64,000 bases of DNA from Treponemataceae bacterium. GTDB taxonomy: Bacteria; Spirochaetota; Spirochaetia; Treponematales; Rectinemataceae. Shown here one piece after another: positions 9,515 through 19,386 of the stretch. The number at the start of each line of letters is the position of its first letter. Position 1 is the first letter of the stretch. The translations under genes were made by a program, and so were the position numbers. The notes under the pieces were generated by a model that saw nothing but the letters and a program-made list of their open reading frames with translations, made no database searches and had not been told where the DNA came from. The stretch lies in the NCBI GenBank assembly GCA_963678065.2, contig CAXXVZ010000005.1:1200553-1264552 (forward strand). Reading direction: 5' to 3'.

Positions 9515-10585
9515 TCAGGCAAGCTTCGCGCGCTCGGCCGCTTTTCGCTCTTCCGGCATGAACGAGACGTCGATGGCGGTCGCGAGGACCCGGACGATGT
9601 CCGCGCGGCTGAATCCGAGACGGGTCGAGACACGGGTCAATTCTTCGTTCAGGCCGACGCCGAAGAGGGCGGGATCGTCGGAGTTGACGGTGACGGAGAG
9701 GCCCGCGTCGCGGAAGGCCGGAAGGGGATGATCCTCAAAGCGCCGGACGAAGGCTCCCGTGTACACGTTGCTGGTCGGACAGACCTCGAGACTTACGCCC
9801 GAGTCCCTGAGGAGAGCCATGACGCCGGGGTCCCGGATGGCCGATGTCCCGTGGCCGATTCGTTCGGCGCCGAGTATCAGGACGGCATCGCGGACGGATT
9901 CCGGGCCGGTTTCCTCGCCGGCGTGTGCGACGGTGTGGAGGCCGGCTTCGCGGGCCGTCCTGAAAGTGTCGCGGTAGCCGGATAGAGGGTTTCCTGCCTC
10001 ACGCCCCCCGAGGCCGATTCCGACGATTCCCCTCTGGCCGCGTTTGCCGAGGTAGCCGAGAGTGGCTTCGAGGTTGGACGCGGCGTTCTCAGGGCCGAAA
10101 GTCCTGGATACATCGACGATGAAGGCTATGTCCGGGCTTGAGTTTTCGATGAGCGGATCCATGATGTCCGCGAAATCGAGGAGTCCTGAGCGCAGGGCCT
10201 GCGAGGGCGAGACGAAGACCTCCATGTAGCTGATGGAGTTCGCGGCCGCGTATCGCCTGAGGTCGCCGGCGAGGAGGGCGTAGTCCTCCGGGCGACGCAG
10301 GAGGGCCTGAAGGAGGAGGAAGCGGCGGATCATGTCGTCGAGGGGACCGGGGCGGGAGAGTTCGGCGTAGCGCTCGGGCAGGTCGGAAGAGATGATCCGT
10401 CGATAGCGGTGGATGAGGGCCTCGTATGTTCCCGGACCGAGCACCGCCTCGGCGTGGATGTGAAGTTCGGTTTTGGGAAGGGCGCGGATGAAGTCGGCCG
10501 CGGCTGAAGACGAAGCATCGGCCGCGGATTCGGGCCGCGGGCTTCGCCTATCGCAATTGTTCCCGGACGCCTTCTCCTTGATCAT
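9515..10585 (-). CDS. add: Adenosine/adenine deaminase
   Basis: LPKTELHIH, HAGE, RIGHG, EVCPTSN, NSDDP. Confidence 0.9.
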   Translation of the reverse strand: MIKEKASGNNCDRRSPRPESAADASSSAAADFIRALPKTELHIHAEAVLGPGTYEALIHRYRRIISSDLPERYAELSRPGPLDDMIRRFLLLQALLRRPEDYALLAGDLRRYAAANSISYMEVFVSPSQALRSGLLDFADIMDPLIENSSPDIAFIVDVSRTFGPENAASNLEATLGYLGKRGQRGIVGIGLGGREAGNPLSGYRDTFRTAREAGLHTVAHAGEETGPESVRDAVLILGAERIGHGTSAIRDPGVMALLRDSGVSLEVCPTSNVYTGAFVRRFEDHPLPAFRDAGLSVTVNSDDPALFGVGLNEELTRVSTRLGFSRADIVRVLATAIDVSFMPEERKAAERAKLA

Positions 10586-10645
10586 GATAATTGAATGTAT
10601 CGCATGGCCGCGCCGATTTCCACCGGAGCCGAGGCAGGCAGCAGC

Positions 10646-10927
10646 TCAGGTTTCGATGACGAATGATGAGTAGTATCCGCAGGGGCTGCGGGAATGGGCC
10701 TGGACGGAGTCGACGCGGGCGCCGCAGGGGCCCTGTTCCAGCCATTCGCGGAAGCTCGCCAGGGCTTCGCGCTCGCCTTCAGCGTAGACCGCGACACTCC
10801 CGTCGGGCTCGTTTTTCACGTATCCGCAGAGGCCGAGCCCCCGAGCCTCGTAGAGGGCCGAATAGCGGAATCCGACGCCCTGGACATAACCGCGGACGAG
10901 GGCAAAAAACGCCGCGTTATCGGCCAT
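10646..10927 (-). CDS. acyP: Acylphosphatase
   Basis: V.G.VQGVGFRY, GYVKN..DGSV, GP..ARV. Confidence 0.95.
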   Translation of the reverse strand: MADNAAFFALVRGYVQGVGFRYSALYEARGLGLCGYVKNEPDGSVAVYAEGEREALASFREWLEQGPCGARVDSVQAHSRSPCGYYSSFVIET

Positions 10928-11005
10928 TCGGCTGCCTCCGGTTCCGGCGCGCGGCCGGAATGGATTCCCATGAGGTCCGTGAGGATGGAGCGGCGCGCTC
11001 CGGCC

Positions 11006-11638
11006 TCATCCCGGGCTTTGCTCCCCCCGGCCTCGGGCGATGCTACAGAAATCCATGACGGTCTGCATGTACTCTTCCATTTCGAAGGGCTTGGCAAAAA
11101 AAGCGTCGGCCCCTTCCGAGAGCATGGTCGCTTTGATGTCGGGCGAATCCATCCCGGTCATGACGACGACGAAGGGTTTGCCGAAGGCCGGGTCCTGCTT
11201 GATGCGTCGACAGATGACGCGGCCGTCGATCCCGGGGAGGTCGACATCGAGCATGACGAAGCCCGGGCGCTTTTCGACGATGAGTCTGCCCGCTTCGAAT
11301 CCGTCGAAGGCCTGGATGACTGTGTAGCCGAAGAATCGCCGCTCGAACATGCGCTTCAGGATGTTGTTGAGGGACTCGTCGTCGTCGACGATGAGGATGG
11401 TGGACCAGTCGAGGCCTTCGCCTTTGTCCTCGGCGAGTTCGTCCGGGATGCGCATCGATCTCTCTTTCAGAAAGGCGACAAGGTCTTCGGAATAGATGCG
11501 GTATTGTCCCCCGGGGGTCAGGAAGGCCTTGAGATGGCCCGACTTGATCCAGTTGATGGCCGTCTGGTTGACGACGCCACAGAGGTTCGCGGTCTCGAGG
11601 GCGGAAAAAATCCGGATGCGCTTGGTTGTCTTCGGCAT
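11006..11638 (-). CDS. Response regulator with N-terminal excisionase-like HTH and C-terminal receiver domain
   Basis: ETANLCGV...T..NWIKSG.LKA..TPGG.YRI; ILIVDDD...LDVDLPGIDG...MTG...AKPF; alternative GTG start at 11650. Confidence 0.88.
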   Translation of the reverse strand: MPKTTKRIRIFSALETANLCGVVNQTAINWIKSGHLKAFLTPGGQYRIYSEDLVAFLKERSMRIPDELAEDKGEGLDWSTILIVDDDESLNNILKRMFERRFFGYTVIQAFDGFEAGRLIVEKRPGFVMLDVDLPGIDGRVICRRIKQDPAFGKPFVVVMTGMDSPDIKATMLSEGADAFFAKPFEMEEYMQTVMDFCSIARGRGEQSPG

Positions 11639-11655
11639 GGTTGTTACCACGACAA

Positions 11656-11708
11656 AGAATACTGTATCGCCGGGCGGCTTGCAATTCCGGCCGTCTTCAT
11701 CCTACCCT
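11656..11708. promoter_or_regulatory. Back-to-back promoters sharing a palindromic -35 TTGCAA
   Basis: Minus: TTGCAA-N17-TATTCT; plus: TTGCAA-N18-TACCCT-N7-ATG of tex. Confidence 0.45.
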
Positions 11709-11715
11709 AGCCAGC

Positions 11716-14292
11716 ATGGAATTGACTGAAAGCTTCATTTCCGACCTCAAGGTCGACGAAATCGTGATCATGAAGAGGATCGCCACTGAGATCGGCATCC
11801 GCGCCGACCAGGTCTCCGCTGTCATCTCGCTCATCGGCGAGGGATGCACGGTGCCCTTCATCAGCCGCTACCGCAAGGAAAAGACCGGCAGCCTCGACGA
11901 GGTCCAGGTCCGCGATTCCGCCCATTCCTTCGAAACATACAAGAACCTCGAGGAGCGGCGCATCGAGGTCATGCGTGGCATATTCGCCCTCGGCAAGCTC
12001 GACGAGGCCCTGTACGGCAACATCGCCAAGGCGGCGACTCTGGCCGAGATCGAAGATCTCTGGGCGCCCTTCAAGAAGAAAAAGAAGACGCGCGGCATGC
12101 TCGCCCAGGAAAAGGGGCTCTCTCCCCTCGCCGAAATAATGCTGAAAGAGGACGGGGCAGCCGTCGAGGCGGCCGCGCCTGGCTTCGTACACGAGGACGC
12201 CGAGCACCCCGAGCTCTCCGTCGCGACTGCCGCCGACGCGATCCAGGGCGCGATGGATATCGTCGCGGAGCGCATGTCGCAGAATCCCGAAAACCGCGCA
12301 GCCGTCAAGAGCTTCTACCTCAGGACGGGCAGCCTCAGGACAGCCGGCGTCGGAGACGAGGCCAAGCGCGAGACCTCGACTTACCAGATGTACTGGGACT
12401 ACTCCGAGCCGCTGGGCCAGCTGAAGCCCCACCGCGTCCTCGCCGTGAACCGGGCCGAACGCGACGGCGAACTCACCGTCACCATCGAGGTCGACGAAGA
12501 CGGCGCAATCGCGCTTCTGAAGGACCGCGCCTGGATCAACAACAAGTACCACGCCGATGCCATCGCCGACGGCCTCGTGCGCCTTCTGTCCCCTGCCGTC
12601 GTGCGCGAAATCCGCTCCGACGCGGGCGATACCGCCGACACCCACGGGATCACGGTTTTCTCCCAGAATCTCAAGAACCTCCTCATGTCGCCGCCAATCA
12701 AGGGGACGAGGGTGCTCGGCGTCGACCCCGGCATCAGGACGGGAACCAAGTGCGCCGCCCTCGACGAGACGGGCAAGTATCTCGATTACTTCGTCATCTT
12801 TCAGGAACTCAAGGCCGATGACGCCCGCAAGGCCATCGCGACAGCCGTCAAGCGGCACAATCTCAAGCTGATCGCCGTCGGAAACGGAACCGGCAGCCAC
12901 GAAGTCCAGCTTCTCGTCGCGAAGACTATAGAGGATGAGGGGCTCGACTGCGCCTTCACGGTGGTCGACGAGGACGGCGCCTCGGTCTATTCGGCCTCCG
13001 ACATAGCCCGCGAAGAGTTTCCCGACCTCGACCTGACCATCAGGGGAGCCATCTCCATCGGCCGCCGTCTCCAGGACCCGCTGGCCGAACTCGTCAAGAT
13101 CGACCCGAAATCCATCGGCGTGGGGCTCTACCAGCACGATGTCAACCAGAAGAAGCTCTCCGACAGCCTCGACGAGGTGGTGGGCTCCGTCGTCAACAAC
13201 GTCGGCGTCAATCTGAACACCGCGAGCCACAGCCTTCTGCGCTACGTGTCGGGCATCAACGTGGGGCTCGCCAAGAAGATCGTCAAATTCCGCGAGACGA
13301 CGGGCGCGATCGCGGGCCGCCACCAGCTACGCGATATCCCCGGTCTCGGCGAGAAGACTTTCGAGCAGTGCGCGGGCTTCCTCAAGATTCCCGAGAGCGC
13401 CAATCCGCTGGACAACACCTGGGTCCACCCCGAGAACTATTCGCTCGCCGAGGAGCTTCTGCCCATCGTGCAGAACCACGGAGACGTGACCCGCGATATC
13501 CGGGCAGCGCTGAAAGAGAAGTACAAGGTTGGCGACACGACTCTGGACGACATCCTCGTCGAGCTCAAGAAGCCGAACCGCGATCCGCGCGAAGGCTTCC
13601 CGGCACCCATCCTCCAGAAGGGCGTCGTGCTCTTCGACGACCTCGCCGAGGGCATGACAGTGCGCGGCAAGGTCAAGAATGTCGTCGACTTCGGCGCCTT
13701 CGTCGATATCGGGATCAAGGAGAGCGCCCTCATCCACGTCTCGGAGATGTCCGACCGCTTCGTCAAGGACCCGATGGACGTGCTCAAGGTGGGCGACGTG
13801 AAGGATTTCACGATCATCTCGCTCGACCGCGCGCGCAAGCGCATCGGGCTCTCCCTCAAGACCGAGCGGGGCGCCCCGCCGCGCGAGGGCTTCGCGAAGC
13901 GGGAGGGTTTCGCACGGCGGGACGATGCCGCGAAACCCGAGGCCGGCACGGCTGACGCGGCCGGCGGAGGTCGGCGCGTGGTGGCGGTCAAGAAAGCCGG
14001 AGCGCCCGGCGCCGTCGGGGCATCCGGCGCTGCGGGCGGGGCGGGCACCGGGGCCCGGCCGCCAACTGGAACGAACGGCTCCCGTAACCCGAGACCGGCG
14101 GCGGGGCGCCCCGGCCAGGATTCCGGCCGCGGGCAAGGACAGGGCGGCGGAGGGCAGGCACCGGGCACCGCGGGCGGCCAGGGACGCGGCTCACCGTATC
14201 CTCCACGGAGGGATGACCCCCGTCGCGAGAAGGATGACGACGGAACCACCTACAACCCCTTCGCCGAGCTCCTGAAAAACAGGAAGCGCTGA
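11716..14292 (+). CDS. tex: Tex family RNA-binding transcriptional accessory protein (YqgF, HhH, S1) with Gly/Arg-rich tail
   Basis: TVPFISRYRKE.TG.LDE, GVDPGIRTG.K, GASVYSAS, RRLQDPLAELVKIDPKSIGVG.YQHDV, S1 NVVDFGAFVDIG. Confidence 0.95.
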   Translation: MELTESFISDLKVDEIVIMKRIATEIGIRADQVSAVISLIGEGCTVPFISRYRKEKTGSLDEVQVRDSAHSFETYKNLEERRIEVMRGIFALGKLDEALYGNIAKAATLAEIEDLWAPFKKKKKTRGMLAQEKGLSPLAEIMLKEDGAAVEAAAPGFVHEDAEHPELSVATAADAIQGAMDIVAERMSQNPENRAAVKSFYLRTGSLRTAGVGDEAKRETSTYQMYWDYSEPLGQLKPHRVLAVNRAERDGELTVTIEVDEDGAIALLKDRAWINNKYHADAIADGLVRLLSPAVVREIRSDAGDTADTHGITVFSQNLKNLLMSPPIKGTRVLGVDPGIRTGTKCAALDETGKYLDYFVIFQELKADDARKAIATAVKRHNLKLIAVGNGTGSHEVQLLVAKTIEDEGLDCAFTVVDEDGASVYSASDIAREEFPDLDLTIRGAISIGRRLQDPLAELVKIDPKSIGVGLYQHDVNQKKLSDSLDEVVGSVVNNVGVNLNTASHSLLRYVSGINVGLAKKIVKFRETTGAIAGRHQLRDIPGLGEKTFEQCAGFLKIPESANPLDNTWVHPENYSLAEELLPIVQNHGDVTRDIRAALKEKYKVGDTTLDDILVELKKPNRDPREGFPAPILQKGVVLFDDLAEGMTVRGKVKNVVDFGAFVDIGIKESALIHVSEMSDRFVKDPMDVLKVGDVKDFTIISLDRARKRIGLSLKTERGAPPREGFAKREGFARRDDAAKPEAGTADAAGGGRRVVAVKKAGAPGAVGASGAAGGAGTGARPPTGTNGSRNPRPAAGRPGQDSGRGQGQGGGGQAPGTAGGQGRGSPYPPRRDDPRREKDDDGTTYNPFAELLKNRKR

Positions 14293-14388
14293 TCGCTCCG
14301 GGGCGCGGGGCGCAGGGCATCTGTGATTTTTTTCCGGCACAATAGCAGAAACGGATGTAGAATAATCTATTGATGGAGGTTGCCGGAC

Positions 14389-15885
14389 GTGAAGGAATAC
14401 GTGGATCCTTATCCGGCGGCATGTGAAGACCACGACAGTAAAATGTCGTTCGATGAATTTGTCGCATATTACCGCAAGCGTTTCAAATACTCGGGATCAC
14501 TGCCGACCGCGATACTGTTCGTACTGACCGATGCTCTCGCGCTCTTGTGCAGCTTCGGGATCGGTTTTTTCATCGTGAATGCGTACAATCCCGACAGCAT
14601 CAATTTCAGGTCCTTCGTGACATACTGGCCCTATCTGCCGGCCTTCGTGTTCGGGTTCTACCTCGCCCACCTCTACCCGGGGCTCAACCTGGCGCCGGCC
14701 GAGGAATTCCGCAGGTTCTGCATGGCCTCCTTCATGGGGCACCTGGGCATCATGATTGCCCTGTTTATCGTGCACCGGCAAATAACTCCCTACACCGTCG
14801 CGTTCTGCTTCAGCTTCATCGTGAGTGTCCCGGCCATAACGCTGTTTCGGAACAAGGCCCGGAACGTTTTCAAGGCGGCCGACTGGTGGGGTATCCCCAC
14901 AGTCATTTTCGGGGCCGGAAAGACGGGCCGCATGCTCGTCGACAGGCTTCTCAAGCACCAGTGGATAGGCTATAAGCCCGCCGTCATCCTCGACGACGAC
15001 CCCGCGCAGGAGGGATTCTACCGGGATATCCCCGTCATGAAGGGCACCGACCTCGGGCCGAAAATCGCCGAGATCTGCGGCGCGTGGAACGCCGTCGTCG
15101 CCATGCCGGGGGTGGATTCGTTCCGCCTCTCCAAGATCATCGTCGACAATGTCCGCTGTTTCCGCTACTACGCCATCATCCCCGACATGTTCGGGCTGAC
15201 GAGCATGTGGATGAGCGTCCGGGATTTCGACGGTATCCTCAGCCTGCAGACGACGCAGCGCCTGCTTCTGCCCTTCAACCGGTTCCTCAAGAGGATTTTC
15301 GACATCGTGCTGAGCGCTCTCGGCCTCGTCGTTCTCTCTCCGCTGTTCGGAGTCGTCGCCCTCGCCGTAAAGCTGGACTCGCCGGGACCGGTCTTCTACG
15401 GCCACACGAGACTCGGAAGGAACGGCGTTCCGTTCAAGGCGTGGAAGTTCCGTTCCATGGTCCGCAATTCTGGCGAGATACTGGCCGCGCTCCTCGCCCG
15501 GGACCCGGTGGCGAAGGCCGAATGGGAGCGGGAGTTCAAGCTCAGAAATGACCCCCGCGTCACCAGGATCGGGGAATTCCTGCGCCGTTCCAGTCTCGAC
15601 GAGTTTCCCCAGCTTCTGAACGTGCTGCGGGGCGAGATGAGCCTCGTGGGACCCCGGCCCATCATCGCCAAAGAGATCGAAAAATACGGCTCCTACTACA
15701 ACCTCGTCGCGAGCGTCAGACCTGGATTATCCGGCCTCTGGCAGGTCTCGGGGCGCTCGGAAGCCGATTACGAAGAGAGGGTCGCCTACGATACATATTA
15801 CATCCAGAGCTGGTCGGTCTGGCTCGACCTCTACATCATGTTCAGGACCGTGGGCGTGGTCATTGGCGGCAAAGGTGCATATTGA
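14389..15885 (+). CDS. wbaP: Undecaprenyl-phosphate sugar phosphotransferase (WbaP family, priming glycosyltransferase)
   Basis: 4 N-terminal TMs, IFGAGKTG, KRIFDI, KFRSM, DPRVT.IG.FLR.SSLDE.PQL.NVL.GEMSLVGPRP, PGLSGLWQVSGR; start uncertain (14380/14389/14443). Confidence 0.93.
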   Translation: MKEYVDPYPAACEDHDSKMSFDEFVAYYRKRFKYSGSLPTAILFVLTDALALLCSFGIGFFIVNAYNPDSINFRSFVTYWPYLPAFVFGFYLAHLYPGLNLAPAEEFRRFCMASFMGHLGIMIALFIVHRQITPYTVAFCFSFIVSVPAITLFRNKARNVFKAADWWGIPTVIFGAGKTGRMLVDRLLKHQWIGYKPAVILDDDPAQEGFYRDIPVMKGTDLGPKIAEICGAWNAVVAMPGVDSFRLSKIIVDNVRCFRYYAIIPDMFGLTSMWMSVRDFDGILSLQTTQRLLLPFNRFLKRIFDIVLSALGLVVLSPLFGVVALAVKLDSPGPVFYGHTRLGRNGVPFKAWKFRSMVRNSGEILAALLARDPVAKAEWEREFKLRNDPRVTRIGEFLRRSSLDEFPQLLNVLRGEMSLVGPRPIIAKEIEKYGSYYNLVASVRPGLSGLWQVSGRSEADYEERVAYDTYYIQSWSVWLDLYIMFRTVGVVIGGKGAY

Positions 15886-15892
15886 CAGATCC

Positions 15893-16684
15893 GTGACAGG
15901 GCGGGTCCGCTGCGGGGCGTGGACAACGGCCATCTTCCTGTTTTTCGCGGCGCTTGCCATCCCGACGGGGGCGGAGCCGCTCTCCGTCCTCCTTCCCGGA
16001 CTTTCCGGCGACAATCTTTCCAAGGTTCTCGCAGGGGAGAGCGTCATACTCGACGCGACCGAAACACGCATCCTCACGCTTCTTCCTGCGACGCCCGAAG
16101 GGGCCCGCATAGGGAAAGTGGCGGGGAACCGCAAGTCGGCATTCCTCGTCGAGAGCGTCTACCTCGCCAAAGGGATCAGGATCGATGACAGGCTCGCCCT
16201 CTACAACGCGCTGACCGCCATCCGGACGATGTCGGGGATCACGTACTTCTCTTTCAACCGGAACAAGGAGACCGTCCTGTATTCCGATGTGTTCAGGACC
16301 GACGCTCCCGGTTCCATGCGCGCACTTGCGGACGTGGAGCTGCAGGATCTGCCCGAAAAATCGCGCTTCGATATCCATATAAAGGACATCAATTTCGGGT
16401 CGACATGGTACGAGATGACGGTCGATACCCGGGGCGGCGGCTTCGAGATGGCGATGTCCAACTCGAGGCCCATCGGACTCGTGATCATCAGGGCATTCGA
16501 CAAGGACAGCCTGCGCACGCGCTTCGCCGTCTTTCAGGCGGACGAGGGCGCGGTGATCTACGGAGTATGCATGGCCGACCCTGCGCCCACCGCCGCGAAG
16601 CTCGTCGACATGTACTGGGCTGTCGCGAAGCGGCTCGACGCTGTCCGGCAATGGGCCATGGGGCGGCTCGAGGGCATGCGGTGA
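15893..16684 (+). CDS. Exported hypothetical protein (resembles spirochaete DUF6675-type proteins)
   Basis: Signal-like N-terminus; YNAL.AI.TMSGITYFS, D.NFG; stop overlaps the wzx start; start uncertain. Confidence 0.6.
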   Translation: MTGRVRCGAWTTAIFLFFAALAIPTGAEPLSVLLPGLSGDNLSKVLAGESVILDATETRILTLLPATPEGARIGKVAGNRKSAFLVESVYLAKGIRIDDRLALYNALTAIRTMSGITYFSFNRNKETVLYSDVFRTDAPGSMRALADVELQDLPEKSRFDIHIKDINFGSTWYEMTVDTRGGGFEMAMSNSRPIGLVIIRAFDKDSLRTRFAVFQADEGAVIYGVCMADPAPTAAKLVDMYWAVAKRLDAVRQWAMGRLEGMR

Positions 16685-18171
16685 GCGAGGTGGCTATTCC
16701 GGGGCAGCGGCGATCCGTCGTGGCCAATTTCCTGTATTCCAGTATGTCCTCGGTGCTGAATGCCCTCGTTCCCCTCATCACCTATCCCTACATCGCCCGC
16801 GTGCTCGGTCCCGAAAACATGGGCAAGCTTGGAGTCGCAGGATCGCTGTCGGGTTTTTTCCTTGTGGCCGGGACCCTCGGGCTGCCGATCTACGGGGTCA
16901 GGCTCGTCGCGCAGAACCGGGGCAGGCCCCGCGAACTCGGCCGGATCAGCGCGGAACTCGCCATCCTTCAGATGGGTGCGGCCCTGCTTGCGACGGTGTT
17001 CTTCGCGGTACTGGTCGCCAGTGTCCCCCGCTACCGCGCCGAACCGCTTCTTTTCACCGCGTTCGGGGCCACGGTTCTCGTCGCGGGACTCAACTTCGAT
17101 TGGTTTCTGCAAGGAGTGGAGGAGTTCAAGTACATCGGCCTGCGAAATACGGTCATCAAGGCCCTCTCGATAGCCCTTCTCTTCGTCGTGGTGAGATCGA
17201 AGTCCGACTATATCGTATACGCGTTCTTTTTCGCGGGTTTTTCGGCGCTGACCATCGGCCTCAACGCGCGGACCTGCCTGCGCCATGTCAGGCCCACCAT
17301 CGCTGGTTTCCACCCCTTCTCTCATCTCGGTCCGATGGCCGTGTTCACCCTGACCGCGGTCGCCGTCACCGCATATACGAACCTCGACTTCCTGTTTCTG
17401 GGACTCCTGGCGGACAACGGCGAATCAGGTTTCTACAACATTTCCATACGTTTGGTGCGGACTCTCGGTTTCATCACCGCGACCCTGAGCGGGGTGCTTC
17501 TTCCCCGGCTTTCGACGCTCGCGGGTTCGGACGAAGAAGGTTTTTCCGGCATACTGGGCGATTCGTTCAACGCCATCCTCCTCTTCGCCCTGCCATCCGC
17601 GGCGGGAATTTTCGTGACCGCCGACGATTTCATCCGTATTTTTGCGGGGAGTCAGTACGCGGGAGCGGGGGCTTCCCTGAGGATCACCGCGTTTATCGTG
17701 CCGATCGCGGCGCTGTCCAACTTTCTGCAGGTTCAGGTCCTGGTTCCGCGCGGGAAGGAGACGCCGACCCTCCTGTCTTTCGGAGCGGGAATAGTGGCGG
17801 GTTCGGCGGTCCTGGCCGCGCTGGTCGGGCCTCTCGGGCATGTCGGCGCGGCTTTCGGGATGCTCGCCGCGGAGGGCGCCGTCCTGGCCGTCCAGGCGGC
17901 GCTTGTCGGGAGGAAGGAACTCTCCCGTTTCGTGGAGCCCGGACGCGTTCTGAGCTATGCCGCCGGCGGCCTTTTCTGTGGCGCCGCGGCGGCTCTTCCT
18001 CACGCATTCATGCCCGGCGGTGGATTGCGGCTTGTCGTTTCCGTTTTTGCCGGGGCAGCCGTTTATCTTGCATTTCTCGCCCTAATCAAGGACGATATAT
18101 GTAGCAGGCTGGTGAAAAAGCTGACTGGCAAAAAAAACGGAGCGATCCGGAACGGAGGGGCGGAAGCATGA
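16681..18171 (+). CDS. wzx: Wzx oligosaccharide flippase
   Basis: NFLYS....LN.LVPLITYPYIARVLGPE..G, WFLQG.EEFKYI; many TMs; GTGA overlap. Confidence 0.92.
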   Translation: MSEVAIPGQRRSVVANFLYSSMSSVLNALVPLITYPYIARVLGPENMGKLGVAGSLSGFFLVAGTLGLPIYGVRLVAQNRGRPRELGRISAELAILQMGAALLATVFFAVLVASVPRYRAEPLLFTAFGATVLVAGLNFDWFLQGVEEFKYIGLRNTVIKALSIALLFVVVRSKSDYIVYAFFFAGFSALTIGLNARTCLRHVRPTIAGFHPFSHLGPMAVFTLTAVAVTAYTNLDFLFLGLLADNGESGFYNISIRLVRTLGFITATLSGVLLPRLSTLAGSDEEGFSGILGDSFNAILLFALPSAAGIFVTADDFIRIFAGSQYAGAGASLRITAFIVPIAALSNFLQVQVLVPRGKETPTLLSFGAGIVAGSAVLAALVGPLGHVGAAFGMLAAEGAVLAVQAALVGRKELSRFVEPGRVLSYAAGGLFCGAAAALPHAFMPGGGLRLVVSVFAGAAVYLAFLALIKDDICSRLVKKLTGKKNGAIRNGGAEA

Positions 18172-19364
18172 AGATCCTGCAGCTTGTGACGCGCTCCGAA
18201 CCCGGAGGCGCCCAGACCATCGTCCGAACTCTGGCCGAAGCCCTCTCCGAGAGAGGGCACGACGTGCTCGTGGCGTCGGGACCGGAGGGAGATGGCGAGG
18301 CCTGGAAGGGTATGTCAGACAGAGTCGGCATCGCCGTGCTGCCCCACCTGGTGCGAAGCCTGTCTCCGGGGGAAGAATTCAAGGCGATAGCGGAAATTTC
18401 GGCCCTGTACCGATCCTTCCGGCCCGATTGCGTCAACCTGCACACCTCCAAGGCGGCGCTGCTCGGACGCCTCGCGCCCGGCCTTGCGCGGAGCAGGATC
18501 GTGTATACCATGCACGGTTTCGACCAACTCAGGGTCGCGAACAGGCGTTTCCTGGCCGCGGACAAGATTCTGAAACGGCTCTGCGGGGCCGTCGTCGCCG
18601 TGAGCTCGCAGGACGAGATGACCATGCGGAAGGAGGGCTACGCTCCTGTCCTCATCCCGAACGGGACGGTCGATTCGTGTCTGCGCCTCAAAGAAGATGA
18701 CCTGGTCCGGTCCCGACTCGATGAACTCCGGTCCTCGGGACTTCCGCTCGTGCTCACTGTCGCGAGGGACGCGAAACCGAAAAGGCTGGACTTGGTCCGC
18801 GAACTCTCCCGGCTCTTCCGCGGGCGAGCCTCCTTTGCCTGGATCGGGGGTGACAGCCACAATCGCTGCCCGGATGGATCGCGAGGCACCGGTATTCCGG
18901 GCTGGATCGACGCGGGCGACCAGCCCGGCGGATTCCGCGCTCCCGGCGCCGCCGGCGGTCGCGTCGACCGGGACAACCTCATCTGCCTCGGCACGGTCCC
19001 GGATGCCGCCGCCTACCTCTCCGAAGTCGACGTCTTCATTCTGGCCTCGGACCACGAGGGAATGCCCGTTTCGCTTGTCGAAGCGATGTCCGCAGGCCTT
19101 CCCTGCATCGCTTCCGACGTGGGCGGAATACCCGAACTGCTCGGCGAGGACTGCGGGATGGTCGTGCCGAATACAGTCGGGGATTTTGCCATCGGACTGG
19201 AAAAACTCATCGCGTCGCCGGAACTTCGCCGCGAACTCGGCGGGTCCGCGAGGAAGGCCTGGGAGGAGCGATATTCGGTCGGACGGATGGCAGAAGCCTA
19301 CGAAGTTCTGTACCGCCGCTGCGCCGGCCCGGCAGGCCCGGCCAATCCGGCCGGGCGATCCTGA
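18168..19364 (+). CDS. Glycosyltransferase family 4
   Basis: GGAQ, HTSKA, SDHEGMPVSLVEAMSAGLPCIASDVGG (Ex7E). Confidence 0.92.
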   Translation: MKILQLVTRSEPGGAQTIVRTLAEALSERGHDVLVASGPEGDGEAWKGMSDRVGIAVLPHLVRSLSPGEEFKAIAEISALYRSFRPDCVNLHTSKAALLGRLAPGLARSRIVYTMHGFDQLRVANRRFLAADKILKRLCGAVVAVSSQDEMTMRKEGYAPVLIPNGTVDSCLRLKEDDLVRSRLDELRSSGLPLVLTVARDAKPKRLDLVRELSRLFRGRASFAWIGGDSHNRCPDGSRGTGIPGWIDAGDQPGGFRAPGAAGGRVDRDNLICLGTVPDAAAYLSEVDVFILASDHEGMPVSLVEAMSAGLPCIASDVGGIPELLGEDCGMVVPNTVGDFAIGLEKLIASPELRRELGGSARKAWEERYSVGRMAEAYEVLYRRCAGPAGPANPAGRS

Positions 19365-19386
19365 TTTTTTGCCGCACAGCGCCGCG

